64,000 bases of DNA from NCBI GenBank assembly GCA_045604945.1, contig JAZUPA010000076.1:2281-66280 (forward strand), written 5' to 3'. The stretch is from Acutalibacteraceae bacterium (GTDB lineage: Bacteria; Bacillota; Clostridia; Oscillospirales; Acutalibacteraceae). The position numbers and the translations under genes were made by a program. The notes under the pieces were generated by a model. That model was not told the DNA's origin and searched no databases. It saw nothing but the letters and a program-made list of their open reading frames with translations. This document shows, piece by piece, positions 29,506-39,503 of this stretch. Numbering within the stretch: the stretch's first letter is position 1; each line of letters opens with the position of its first letter.

Positions 29506-29901
29506 GTGAGCCGAAGAAAAAACAGAGAGCAGGCATTTCTGCTTATTTTTGAAAAATCATTCACTGAATATGATATTCCCGAAATTATTGCCCTTGCAAT
29601 AGAGAGCCGTGACCTGATTCTTGACGAAGAAGTCAAGGTCAAGGTTGAGAGTGTCTTTGATAATCTCGAGACAATCGATGCTGCAATTGACAGAAACTTG
29701 AAGGGCAGAACAGGCAGCCGAGTTTCTCCTGTTGCGAGGTCTCTGATGCGTCTTGCAGCCTATGAAATTTTGTTCGATTCTGAAATTGATGCACCTGTTT
29801 CCATCAGCGAAGCAGTTATTCTTGCAAAGAAATACGCTACAAACGAAGAAGCTTCCTTTATCAACGGCGTATTAAGCTCTGTCTCCAAAGAGGTACTTTA
29901 A
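29506..29901 (+). CDS. nusB: Transcription antitermination factor NusB
   Basis: The GTG at 29506 follows a GGAGGA RBS. RRKNREQAFLLIFE...ARSLMRLAAYEIL...FINGVL are typical of NusB. Confidence 0.9.
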   Translation: MSRRKNREQAFLLIFEKSFTEYDIPEIIALAIESRDLILDEEVKVKVESVFDNLETIDAAIDRNLKGRTGSRVSPVARSLMRLAAYEILFDSEIDAPVSISEAVILAKKYATNEEASFINGVLSSVSKEVL

Positions 29902-30858
29902 ATGATTGCCTGTCTTGGTATAGATACCAGTAATTACACCACTTCCACAGCACTGTATCTGCCTGATTCCCACTCCATGTTGTCGCAGAAAAAGCTTCTC
30001 CCTGTTAAGGAGGGTGAGATTGGAGTGCGTCAGAATGACGCTGTTTTTCATCATGTGAAGCAGATTTCACCGCTCTTTGAGGAGCTTATGAGTCTCAGCG
30101 ATGCGGAGATAGGCTGCATCGGCGTTTCGACCAGACCGAGACCCATTGAGGGCTCATATATGCCCTGCTTTGAGGTGGGTATTTCCTTTGCCAGAACCCT
30201 CGGAAGTGTCCTTGGAGTGCCTGTTTACAGCTTCTCACATCAGGAGGGGCATATTGCGGCTGCGCTTTATTCGGCAGACTGCTATGACACTATAGGCGAC
30301 CGATTTTATGCTTTCCATGTTTCAGGCGGTACCACTGAGGCGCTTCTTGTAACAAAGCATGATTACGGGTTTTCTGCAGAAAAGCTGGCAGGATCACTTG
30401 ATCTCAAGGCAGGTCAGGTAATCGACAGAACTGCAAATATGCTGGGACTGCCGTTTCCGGGCGGAGTTCACCTTGAAAAGCTTGCACTGCAGTGCAGCGA
30501 AAAGGTTAAATGCAGACCTACCATGAAGGGCGCTGACTGCTGCCTTTCCGGCGTTGAGAATAAATGCCGCACTCTGTTTGAAAAAGGTGCGGAGCCTTCG
30601 CTTGTTGCAAGGACATGCCTCGAATATGTAAGAGTATCCCTTGAAGCCATGACCGAAAAGCTTCTCGAAAGAGAAAAGCTTCCCTTGCTTTTCGCAGGCG
30701 GAGTAATGTCCAATTCAATTATCAGAGAGTCCTTCACAGACAGATTCGGTGCTTATTTTGCAATGCCGGAATATTCCACCGACAATGCCTGCGGAATCGC
30801 TCTCCTTTCCCATAAGGCAGGTGAAAAGCTTGCAGAGACTGACAGTTTCTCAGGTTAA
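29902..30858 (+). CDS. Kae1/TsaD-like ASKHA-fold protein (peptidase M22 family paralog)
   Basis: GIDTSNYTTS N-terminus, SHQEGH metal motif and AGGVMSN motif. Confidence 0.7.
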   Translation: MIACLGIDTSNYTTSTALYLPDSHSMLSQKKLLPVKEGEIGVRQNDAVFHHVKQISPLFEELMSLSDAEIGCIGVSTRPRPIEGSYMPCFEVGISFARTLGSVLGVPVYSFSHQEGHIAAALYSADCYDTIGDRFYAFHVSGGTTEALLVTKHDYGFSAEKLAGSLDLKAGQVIDRTANMLGLPFPGGVHLEKLALQCSEKVKCRPTMKGADCCLSGVENKCRTLFEKGAEPSLVARTCLEYVRVSLEAMTEKLLEREKLPLLFAGGVMSNSIIRESFTDRFGAYFAMPEYSTDNACGIALLSHKAGEKLAETDSFSG

Positions 30859-32035
30859 CGGTTACCTTAAAAATCTGATGGACTGCGATGAAGTCCTCAG
30901 TGATATCACTATTGTCGGTGAGATTTCAAACTTCAAGCACCATTCCTCGGGGCATATGTATTTTTCCTTAAAGGATAAGGATTCAACCATATCTGCTGCA
31001 ATGTTCCGCGGCGCAAACAGAAGTCTTCGATTTGTACCCGAAAACGGAATGAATGTTATAGCCAGCGGAAGAGTGTCCGTCTATCCTGCGTCTGGTGCGT
31101 ATCAGCTTTATGTTGAGCAGATGTCTCCTGATGGAGAGGGTGCGCTCTACGCAGCATACGCAAAGCTAAAGGAAAAACTCGAGAGAGAAGGTTTGTTCGA
31201 CAGCAGCAGAAAGCGCAGGATTCCGTCATTTCCAAGGCGGGTAGGAGTTGTGACTTCGCCCACAGGAGCTGCCATTCGCGATATTCTAAGTGTGCTGTCA
31301 AGAAGATATCCCTGCGCCGAGGTTGTACTTGCTCCTGTCCTTGTGCAGGGGGCAGAGGCTGCACCGACAATTGTTCAGGCAATAAACGAAATGAACGAAA
31401 AAGAAGCCTGTGATGTTATGATAGTCGGAAGAGGCGGCGGCTCTATTGAAGACCTCTGGTGTTTTAACGATGAGCAGCTGGCTCGCACTGTGGCAGCATC
31501 AAGGATTCCCGTAATCAGTGCGGTAGGTCATGAGACTGATTTTACTCTGTGCGATTTTGCTGCGGACCTTCGTGCTCCGACCCCTTCGGCAGGTGCTGAG
31601 CTTGCGGTGCCTGACAGGGAAAAGCTTCTTAAAATTGTTGATTCCTGCAGTCGGGCAATAGAGCGCTCGGTAAGAGATAAAATCGAACTTTCAAAGCTGC
31701 AGCTGGGGGCTGTAACCGCCCAGCCTCACATGAAAAGTCCCATGGGCATAATCGATGCCTGCTCTCAGCGGCTTGATATGCTCTCAGGCAGTATTGAAAG
31801 CAGCTTTGAAGCCATGCTTATGCAGAGCGTTGCACGGCTTCGTGAGGTAAGTGCAAGCATTGAAGCCCTCAGTCCCATTGCGGTAATGATGCGCGGATAC
31901 AGTCTTGCTTATAAGGATAATTCCATTGTAAAATCTGCTGCAGCTCTCTCTGCAGGGGATGAGATAACCCTCAGACTGCATGACGGCTCAGCTTCATGTA
32001 TAATCAATTCAGTAACGGAGAACAGTAATGGATAA
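30821..32035 (+). CDS. xseA: Exodeoxyribonuclease VII large subunit
   Basis: LTVSQVNGYLKNLM...VGEISNFKHHSSGHMYFSLKD OB-fold N-terminus. The start is GTG 30821 or TTG 30830 after an AGGTGA RBS. Confidence 0.9.
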   Translation: MKSLQRLTVSQVNGYLKNLMDCDEVLSDITIVGEISNFKHHSSGHMYFSLKDKDSTISAAMFRGANRSLRFVPENGMNVIASGRVSVYPASGAYQLYVEQMSPDGEGALYAAYAKLKEKLEREGLFDSSRKRRIPSFPRRVGVVTSPTGAAIRDILSVLSRRYPCAEVVLAPVLVQGAEAAPTIVQAINEMNEKEACDVMIVGRGGGSIEDLWCFNDEQLARTVAASRIPVISAVGHETDFTLCDFAADLRAPTPSAGAELAVPDREKLLKIVDSCSRAIERSVRDKIELSKLQLGAVTAQPHMKSPMGIIDACSQRLDMLSGSIESSFEAMLMQSVARLREVSASIEALSPIAVMMRGYSLAYKDNSIVKSAAALSAGDEITLRLHDGSASCIINSVTENSNG

Positions 32036-32231
32036 TATGACATTTGAAACGGCAATAAAGCGCCTTGAAGAGATTTCTGCTCTTCTCAGTGAAGGTGCAG
32101 CCCTTGAAAAATCAATTGAACTGTATGAGGAAGCTACAAAGCTTATTGCCTTCTGCACCTCTGCGCTTAATGATGCGCAGACCAAAATAGTAAAGCTTTC
32201 CGAAGTTGGTGAGGTGGACAGCAATGACTGA
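32028..32231 (+). CDS. xseB: Exodeoxyribonuclease VII small subunit
   Basis: 67 aa with FETAIKRLEEI...LEKSIELYEEA. Confidence 0.9.
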   Translation: MDNMTFETAIKRLEEISALLSEGAALEKSIELYEEATKLIAFCTSALNDAQTKIVKLSEVGEVDSND

Positions 32232-33093
32232 TTTAAGAAAAGAATATATCGAAAAAATTGATTGCTTTCTGGCATCGGCTCTTGAAAACACATCTGCTCC
32301 GGAATCACTTGTAAATGCCATGAGATATAGCCTTTTAAACGCAGGAAAAAGAGTGCGTCCAGTGCTCGCCCTTGAGTTTGCAAGGCTCTGCTCGGGTGAT
32401 TACGATTCCGCACTGCCTGCAGCCTGTGCAGTTGAGTGCATCCACACCTATTCACTTATTCACGATGACCTGCCCTGTATGGACGATGATGATTTCCGCC
32501 GCGGAAAGCCCTCCTGTCACAAGGCTTTTGATGAAGCAACCGCACTTCTTGCAGGTGATGCGCTGCTTACAATGTCTTTTGGTCTTATAGCTGACGCTGA
32601 AGGAATAAAGCCCGAATACAAGGCGGAGGCTGCCGCTGTTCTTGCAAAAAACAGCGGCATGTGCGGTATGATAGGCGGACAGGTGATAGATATTGAGTCT
32701 GAGGGCAAGGAGCCGACCCTTGAAAATATGATAAATATGTTCAGAGGAAAGACCTGCGCTCTCATTCAGGCAGCCTGTACCATAGGCTGCATTGCAGCAG
32801 GCGGCACTAAGGAACAGATTGCCGCTGCGGATACATACGGCTATGAGCTTGGAATGGCATTTCAGATTATCGATGATATTCTTGATACCATCGGTGATTT
32901 TGAAAAACTCGGCAAGCCCATCGGCAGTGATGCAGAAAAGCAGAAGGCGAACAGTGTTTCGCTTCTTGGTATCGACAGGGCAAGAGAGCTTGCAAAAGAG
33001 CATACACAGAAAGCCTGCGAAAGCCTTTCATGCTTTGAAAATGCGGATTTTCTTATAAAGTTTGCAAAGGATCTTGAAACAAGAATCGCATAA
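32224..33093 (+). CDS. ispA: Polyprenyl (farnesyl/geranyl) diphosphate synthase
   Basis: Two aspartate-rich motifs, LIHDDLPCMDDDDFRRG and FQIIDDILD. The ATG at 32224 follows a GAGGTGG RBS. Confidence 0.9.
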   Translation: MTDLRKEYIEKIDCFLASALENTSAPESLVNAMRYSLLNAGKRVRPVLALEFARLCSGDYDSALPAACAVECIHTYSLIHDDLPCMDDDDFRRGKPSCHKAFDEATALLAGDALLTMSFGLIADAEGIKPEYKAEAAAVLAKNSGMCGMIGGQVIDIESEGKEPTLENMINMFRGKTCALIQAACTIGCIAAGGTKEQIAAADTYGYELGMAFQIIDDILDTIGDFEKLGKPIGSDAEKQKANSVSLLGIDRARELAKEHTQKACESLSCFENADFLIKFAKDLETRIA

Positions 33094-33111
33094 ACGAAAA
33101 GAGATTTGCTT

Positions 33112-34962
33112 ATGTCTTATGAATTTCTTGACGGAATCAACAGTCCTGAGGATCTTAAAAAAACAGATAAAAATGATATTGATGCTCTCTGCGGCGAGAT
33201 AAGAGATTATCTTATAAATACCGTTTCTCACACAGGTGGTCATCTTGCATCCAACCTCGGCGTTGTCGAGCTGACCGTTGCAATGCACCGTGTCTTTGAT
33301 TCTCCCAAAGACCGATTTGTCTTTGATGTAGGGCATCAGTGCTATACCCACAAGCTTATTACAGGCAGACGCGACAGGTTCGACTCCCTTCGTTCCGAGG
33401 GCGGTATTGCAGGCTTTCCCAGACCTTCCGAGAGTATTCATGACCCTGTAATTGCAGGTCACAGCAGCACCTCCATCTCTTCTGCACTGGGTCTTGCCGA
33501 AGCAAAGAAGCTCAGGGGAGAAGATGGCTTTGTTGTTGCGGTCATCGGCGACGGCGCCCTTACAGGCGGTCTTGCATACGAAGGGCTCAACAATGCAGGC
33601 AGAAGCCGCAACAGACTTATCATAATCCTCAACGACAACAGAATGTCGATAAATAAGAATGTGGGAGCGGTTGCAAGGCATCTTGCTGTGCTGAGAACCA
33701 AAAAGGGATATTTCCGCTTCAAATCAGGTGTTGCAAAGGTTTTCGGAGCGATACCGCTGGTGGGAAAGAAAATAAGAAAAATGCTCCTGTCTTCCCACAA
33801 GGCGCTTAAAAACACATTATATAAAAGCTCCCTGTTTGAGGATATGGGATTTTCCTATATGGGACCTGTAGACGGGCATAACGAACAATTGCTCGAGCGA
33901 GTGCTTGATACCGCGAAAACCCTTGAAAGACCTGTGCTGATTCATATCTGCACCCTCAAGGGAAAGGGTTATACCCATGCAGAAAAGAAGCCCCGCAAAT
34001 TCCACGGAATTTCAGCCTTTGATACCGATTCGGGAGAACCTACCTACAGCGGTCCGACCTACTCTTCTGTTTTCGGTGAGGCTTTGTGCGCTCTTGCCGA
34101 AAAGGATGAGAGCGTCTGCGCTGTAACAGCTGCGATGAAGTCGGGCACAGGGCTTGACGGCTTTGCAGAAAAATACCGACACAGATTTTACGATGTTGGC
34201 ATTGCTGAAGGACATGCGGTTACCTTTTCCGCAGGTCTTGCAGCCGGCGGCATGAAACCGTTTTTCGCGGTATATTCAAGCTTTCTTCAGCGTGCCTACG
34301 ATCAGCTTATACATGATGTTGCAATAGGCAGCGAAAATATCAATCTCGTTATCGACCGTGCGGGCATAGTCGGCGATGACGGTGAGACCCATAACGGTGT
34401 TTTTGATGCAGCAATGCTGCTGCCGATTCCGAATTTCAGGGTCTATTCTCCGTCCTATTTTTCTGAGATTCCCTATTGCCTTGAGAAATGCGCTGATACA
34501 AAAGGCCCCTGCGCTGTGAGAATCCCCCGAGGGACAGAGGCGAAGAAACCGGAAAACGCAGCCCTTACCAATGACGACTATTTGTTTGTCGGCTATGGAA
34601 AAACACTTGCAGTCAGCTACGGAAGGCTTATAGGCTCACTGTTTTCAGCAGGGGAGAAGCTCCGTGAAGAAGGGACAGATATTTCTGTTCTCAAGCTTCT
34701 GCTGATTAACAATATTGCAGATGAGTGTATTGAAAAAGCCATGGAATACGACGCCATAGTGTTCTTTGAAGAGGGGATGAAACGGGGCGGTGTGGGCGAA
34801 TATTTCGGCTCACTGCTCCTTGAAAAAGGATATGAGGGGAGATATGTTCACCGTGCCATCGATGACAGATTTGTCTCCCATGCGGCGGTTTCCTCCGCCC
34901 TTGCAGGACTTGAGCTTGATGTCAAGTCCATTACAGATTTACTCCGAGAGGTAAGCAAATGA
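33112..34962 (+). CDS. dxs: 1-deoxy-D-xylulose-5-phosphate synthase
   Basis: GGHLASNLGVVELTVA, GHSSTSIS and GDGALTGG TPP motifs. The ATG at 33112 is preferred; the ORF track starts at the TTG at 33106. Confidence 0.95.
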   Translation: MSYEFLDGINSPEDLKKTDKNDIDALCGEIRDYLINTVSHTGGHLASNLGVVELTVAMHRVFDSPKDRFVFDVGHQCYTHKLITGRRDRFDSLRSEGGIAGFPRPSESIHDPVIAGHSSTSISSALGLAEAKKLRGEDGFVVAVIGDGALTGGLAYEGLNNAGRSRNRLIIILNDNRMSINKNVGAVARHLAVLRTKKGYFRFKSGVAKVFGAIPLVGKKIRKMLLSSHKALKNTLYKSSLFEDMGFSYMGPVDGHNEQLLERVLDTAKTLERPVLIHICTLKGKGYTHAEKKPRKFHGISAFDTDSGEPTYSGPTYSSVFGEALCALAEKDESVCAVTAAMKSGTGLDGFAEKYRHRFYDVGIAEGHAVTFSAGLAAGGMKPFFAVYSSFLQRAYDQLIHDVAIGSENINLVIDRAGIVGDDGETHNGVFDAAMLLPIPNFRVYSPSYFSEIPYCLEKCADTKGPCAVRIPRGTEAKKPENAALTNDDYLFVGYGKTLAVSYGRLIGSLFSAGEKLREEGTDISVLKLLLINNIADECIEKAMEYDAIVFFEEGMKRGGVGEYFGSLLLEKGYEGRYVHRAIDDRFVSHAAVSSALAGLELDVKSITDLLREVSK

Positions 34963-35789
34963 AAGAAAAACTGAGACTGGATACAGAGCTTGTTTCCCGA
35001 GGTCTTGCTCAGAGCAGGGAAAAGGCAAAGGCTCTGATTATGTCGGGAATTGTATATGTAAATAACCAGAAGGCGCTGAAGGCAGGAGAAGAGGTCAAGG
35101 CTGAGGACAATATTGAGGTTCGCGGTGAGACCCTTCGCTATGTAAGCCGCGGCGGACTGAAGCTGGAAAAGGCAATGAAGGAATTTTCCATTGAGCTCGA
35201 GGGCAGGATCTGCATGGATGTGGGAGCATCTACAGGCGGTTTTACCGACTGCATGCTGCAGAACGGCGCTCAGAAGGTCTATTCCGTTGATGTCGGCTAC
35301 GGTCAGCTTGACTGGAAGCTTCGCAGTGATGAGAGGGTTGTAAACCTTGAGCGAACAAACATACGATATGTCACAAGAGAGCAGATTCCCGACATCATCG
35401 ACTTTTCAAGCATAGATGTTTCCTTTATTTCTCTTACTCTCGTGCTGCCTGTGGTGCGTTCACTGCTGTCGGATAACGGCAGGGTGATGTGCCTTATTAA
35501 GCCTCAGTTCGAGGCAGGACGCGGCAAGGTAGGCAAAAAAGGCGTTGTCAGAGAGCCTGAGATACACCATGAGGTTATAGTCAAGATACTCGATTTTATG
35601 TTCGAGAACGGTTTTAATGTATTGAATCTTGATTTTTCTCCCATAAGAGGACCTGAGGGAAATATTGAATATCTTGCTTATGCAGAGAAAAGTGACGCTC
35701 CTGAGAGATTCCCCGAGGAACAGATAGGGATTACCGTCAAAAATTCTCATCAGACTCTGGATTCGGGAAAGCAGGTGGAATCACAGTGA
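34959..35789 (+). CDS. tlyA: TlyA-family rRNA 2'-O-methyltransferase
   Basis: S4-like N-terminus (RLDTELVSRGLAQSREKA) and the VGASTGGFTDC SAM motif. Confidence 0.9.
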   Translation: MKEKLRLDTELVSRGLAQSREKAKALIMSGIVYVNNQKALKAGEEVKAEDNIEVRGETLRYVSRGGLKLEKAMKEFSIELEGRICMDVGASTGGFTDCMLQNGAQKVYSVDVGYGQLDWKLRSDERVVNLERTNIRYVTREQIPDIIDFSSIDVSFISLTLVLPVVRSLLSDNGRVMCLIKPQFEAGRGKVGKKGVVREPEIHHEVIVKILDFMFENGFNVLNLDFSPIRGPEGNIEYLAYAEKSDAPERFPEEQIGITVKNSHQTLDSGKQVESQ

Positions 35790-36628
35790 ATATACTGATT
35801 ATTCCCAATTACGATAAAAAGGATGCCCTTTCCTGCACCAACGAGGTTCACCGCAAGCTCTGCTCCCTTGGCGCAGATGTAACTGTAATGAAATCTGAAA
35901 AGGGATATTCCAGAGCTTTTTCCGATGATGACCTCGAGCTTATTTCACAGTGCGACATCGTGGTTACTGTCGGCGGTGACGGCACCACACTCAGAACTGC
36001 AAAGGCCGCTGCGATGTACTCAAAGCCCGTTCTTGGAATCAACGCAGGCAGGCTCGGTTTTATGTCGGGACTTGAAAAAAATGAACTTGATTCCCTTTCC
36101 GCGCTTACCGACGGCAGTTACATTATCGAAGAGCGCATGATGCTTGATGTAACCCTTGTAGACCCTGAAAAAAGAGTAGTCTGCACTGCTCAGGCGCTTA
36201 ATGATGCGGTTCTTTCAAGAGGCTCACTGCCAAAGATTCTGGACCTTGTCGTTGCGCTTAACGAAAATACGACCATCAACTGCAGAGCTGACGGACTGAT
36301 ATTTTCGACCCCCACAGGCTCCACAGCCTATGCATTTTCTGCAGGCGGACCGATTATAGACCCCCAGATAAACTGCATACAGGTAACACCCATATGCTCC
36401 CATTCGCTGCTTTCAAAGCCAATGATACTGTCTAAAAATTCAGTTATCAGAGCAAAAAGCGCAGATAACTGCGATCATGAGATTCTGCTTGCCGTTGACG
36501 GCGAGGAGCAGATACCTGTAATGAAAGGCGGCTATGTTGAAATACGCCGCTCAGATTCCTACGCAAAGCTTATCCGCATCAAGGACGATTGCTTCTATGA
36601 TGTTATCAAAACAAAATTTAAGGATTGA
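35786..36628 (+). CDS. nadK: NAD kinase
   Basis: GGDGT, NxGxLGF and STPTGSTAY motifs. GTG start overlaps the tlyA stop. Confidence 0.9.
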   Translation: MNILIIPNYDKKDALSCTNEVHRKLCSLGADVTVMKSEKGYSRAFSDDDLELISQCDIVVTVGGDGTTLRTAKAAAMYSKPVLGINAGRLGFMSGLEKNELDSLSALTDGSYIIEERMMLDVTLVDPEKRVVCTAQALNDAVLSRGSLPKILDLVVALNENTTINCRADGLIFSTPTGSTAYAFSAGGPIIDPQINCIQVTPICSHSLLSKPMILSKNSVIRAKSADNCDHEILLAVDGEEQIPVMKGGYVEIRRSDSYAKLIRIKDDCFYDVIKTKFKD

Positions 36629-36634
36629 GAACAG

Positions 36635-37087
36635 ATGAAAACAAAAAGACAGCTTAAAATAGTCGAGTTTGTAAAGAACAAGAGCGTAGAAACCCAGGAA
36701 GACCTGCTGAATATGCTCAGAGCTGAGGGCTTTGTTGTCACTCAGGCAACAATATCCAGAGACATAAAGGAGCTTCGCCTTGTCAAGACCCTCGGCACAG
36801 ACGGCAAGTACAGATACGCCGTTGCATCTCAGGAGAATCAGGATATGTCCTCAAGATTTCTCTCTATCTTCAACGAAGCGGTAGTCTCTATAGAAAACGC
36901 CATGAATATGGTCTGTCTCCATTGCCACACAGGCATGGCTCAGGCTGTCTGCGCTTCTATGGATACCATGCATTTTGACAATGTTGTGGGTACTCTTGCA
37001 GGAGACGACACAATATTTGTTCTCTGCCGCGATATCGAAAGTGCGCAGGCACTTGTTGCAGAACTGAACAAGCTGTTCGGAAGGTGA
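36635..37087 (+). CDS. argR: Arginine repressor
   Basis: 150 aa with winged-helix N-terminus (TQATISRDIKEL) and C-terminal GTLAGDDTIFV motif. Confidence 0.9.
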   Translation: MKTKRQLKIVEFVKNKSVETQEDLLNMLRAEGFVVTQATISRDIKELRLVKTLGTDGKYRYAVASQENQDMSSRFLSIFNEAVVSIENAMNMVCLHCHTGMAQAVCASMDTMHFDNVVGTLAGDDTIFVLCRDIESAQALVAELNKLFGR

Positions 37088-37091
37088 ATTG

Positions 37092-38750
37092 ATGCTCAGT
37101 CGGTTATACATAGAAAACATAGCGGTTATTGAGAAGGTTGACTGCGAGCTTGATGAGGGCTTCAATGTCCTGACAGGTGAGACAGGTGCCGGTAAGTCGA
37201 TAATTATCGATTCAATAAATGCTGTCCTTGGCGGAAGGACAAGCCGCGACCTTATAAGAACAGGCAGCAGCAAGGCTTATGTCAGTGCGCAGTTTGACAA
37301 TGCAGGAGTATTGGCGCTGACAGCAGCCTCAGAATACGGAATCGAAGCTGAAGACGGCGCTCTTATCATCTCAAGGGAGATAAGAGATGACGGCAAGAAT
37401 CAGTGCAGAGTAAACGGCAGACCTGTTACTGTTGCTGCGCTCAAGGATATAGGAAAATATCTCATCAATATCCACGGTCAGCATGATACAACCGCGCTTC
37501 TCAACCCTGAAACTCATATAACATATATCGATTCTCTGGCGGAAAATCAGGCGCTGAGAGATGATTACCGTGCTGTTTACAATGAATACAAGCTTCTTGC
37601 AACCGAAATCAGAAGACTGGACCTCAACGAAAAGGACAAGCAGAATAAAGCTGATATGCTCCGATACAGAGTTGAGGAGCTTTCTGCCGCTGAGCTTCGT
37701 GACGGTGAAGCTGCAGAACTTATGGAAAAGCGCAGCGTATATCGCAATTTTGAGCATATACGCAATTCTCTGTCTGCGGCAGTGGCTGCCCTTCGCGGTG
37801 ATGAGGATTCAAGCGGTGCCTGTGAGGCTGTAGCCTGCGCCTTTGAGGAGACCTCGGCAGTTTCTTCGGTATTCCCGTCAGTAGAGAAGCTGTCTGCCCG
37901 TCTTTCGGAGGTCAGTTATGAGCTTGATGATATTGCAGAAACTCTGAGAGGAGAGCTTTCAGCACTTGAATTTGACCCTGAGGAGCTTGAAATGGTCGAA
38001 AACAGACTCTCGGTGCTTGAGAAGATAATCAAAAGATACGGCTCTGAAAAAGAGGCGATCGAATATTTTGAAGAGGCCTCACGGGAGCTTTCTGCTCTGG
38101 ATAACAGCGACCTGATAAGACAGGAGCTGGAGGAAAAGCGCCTTGAAACTCTGAAAAGGCTTGAGGCTGCTGCAAAGCTTATTACAAAATCACGCACTGA
38201 TGCAGCAAGACTTTTTACAAAGAGGGTAGAGGAGGAGCTTTCCTTCCTCGATATGCCCTCTGTAAAGCTTTCTGTCCGCACAGAGCGGACAAACCTTACC
38301 GAAAACGGCTGCGACAGCATAGAATTTCTTATCTGCACAAATGTTGGCGAAGAGCCGAAGCCCCTTGCAAAAATTGCTTCGGGCGGTGAGCTTAGCAGAA
38401 TAATGCTTGCCTTTAAGAATGTGCTTGCGGATAAGGATAACGTTGACACACTGATTTTTGACGAAATTGATACAGGTATCAGCGGCAAGGCAGCACAGAA
38501 GGTTGCTCTGAAACTCAGGGAAGTTTCCTCTGCAAGACAGATAATATGCGTTACTCACCTGGCTCAGATTGCAGCAGCGGCAAATTCCCATCTGTTTATA
38601 AGCAAGTCTGTTGAAATGGGCAAGACCTCGACAAAGGTAACAAAGCTCGATACTGACAAGCGTATTCGTGAGGTTGCCAGAATAATCAGCGGCGACTGCA
38701 TAACCGATGCTGTGCTGGAAACCGCAGCTCAGATGATTTCAAACAAGTAA
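37092..38750 (+). CDS. recN: DNA repair protein RecN
   Basis: Walker A LTGETGAGKS, coiled-coil middle region and SGGELSR signature motif. Confidence 0.95.
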   Translation: MLSRLYIENIAVIEKVDCELDEGFNVLTGETGAGKSIIIDSINAVLGGRTSRDLIRTGSSKAYVSAQFDNAGVLALTAASEYGIEAEDGALIISREIRDDGKNQCRVNGRPVTVAALKDIGKYLINIHGQHDTTALLNPETHITYIDSLAENQALRDDYRAVYNEYKLLATEIRRLDLNEKDKQNKADMLRYRVEELSAAELRDGEAAELMEKRSVYRNFEHIRNSLSAAVAALRGDEDSSGACEAVACAFEETSAVSSVFPSVEKLSARLSEVSYELDDIAETLRGELSALEFDPEELEMVENRLSVLEKIIKRYGSEKEAIEYFEEASRELSALDNSDLIRQELEEKRLETLKRLEAAAKLITKSRTDAARLFTKRVEEELSFLDMPSVKLSVRTERTNLTENGCDSIEFLICTNVGEEPKPLAKIASGGELSRIMLAFKNVLADKDNVDTLIFDEIDTGISGKAAQKVALKLREVSSARQIICVTHLAQIAAAANSHLFISKSVEMGKTSTKVTKLDTDKRIREVARIISGDCITDAVLETAAQMISNK

Positions 38751-38758
38751 TAAACTCA

Positions 38759-38790
38759 ATCCCTCCGTTATATTATTATAGCGGAGGGAT
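38759..38790 (+). promoter_or_regulatory. 9-bp stem-loop whose 3' arm is the RBS of the amidase gene
   Basis: ATCCCTCCG (38759-38767) pairs with CGGAGGGAT (38782-38790). The ATG follows at 38794. Confidence 0.55.
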
Positions 38791-38793
38791 AAT

Positions 38794-39501
38794 ATGAAGC
38801 GATTGATTATTACCGCTGCAGCTTTTGCAGTTTTATTCATATCGGCACTTGTGCTGTTCTTTTCTGCCTCCGACATGGGAGACAGAAATACTTCTTCTGT
38901 AGTAAACTCAAAGCCTGTAATTATCATAGATGCAGGTCACGGCGGCATCGACGGAGGTGCTGTCGGGGTGTCGGGAATTCCTGAAAAGGATATTAATCTG
39001 CAGATTGCATTGAAGCTCAGGGCAAGACTTACTGTGCTTGGTTATAAGGTCATCATGACAAGAGAAACTGATATCTCAATTCACGATGCATCCGCAGCAA
39101 CAATCAGGCAGAAAAAAGCAAGTGACCTGAAAAACAGGCTGAAAATGACAACTCTCTATCCAGATTCTATACTTATCAGCATACATCAGAATATAATTGA
39201 TATTCCCTCGGTTCGGGGTGCTCAGGTTTTCTACTCCCCGAACAAAGATTCAAGCAAGGTGCTGGCAGGCTATATACAGAATTCTTTGAATCTCTGCATG
39301 CGCTCGGGAAAACCGCGCAATATTACCGAGGCAGGGAGTAATCTGTATCTTTTCTATAATGCCAAGAATACTGCTGTGCTGGTAGAGTGCGGATTCCTTT
39401 CAAACAGTGAAGAGGAATCTCTGCTGCGCTCTGAGGAATATCAGGAATTGCTTGCCTTTGCGGTGAGTAATGCTGTATTAACATACCTTAAGGATGTGTA
39501 A
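38794..39501 (+). CDS. cwlD: N-acetylmuramoyl-L-alanine amidase (Amidase_3), CwlD-like
   Basis: N-terminal TM helix, IIIDAGHGGIDGG, ISIHQN and ECGFLSN motifs. The 235-aa size matches germination-specific CwlD. Confidence 0.7.
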   Translation: MKRLIITAAAFAVLFISALVLFFSASDMGDRNTSSVVNSKPVIIIDAGHGGIDGGAVGVSGIPEKDINLQIALKLRARLTVLGYKVIMTRETDISIHDASAATIRQKKASDLKNRLKMTTLYPDSILISIHQNIIDIPSVRGAQVFYSPNKDSSKVLAGYIQNSLNLCMRSGKPRNITEAGSNLYLFYNAKNTAVLVECGFLSNSEEESLLRSEEYQELLAFAVSNAVLTYLKDV

Positions 39502-39503
39502 CA

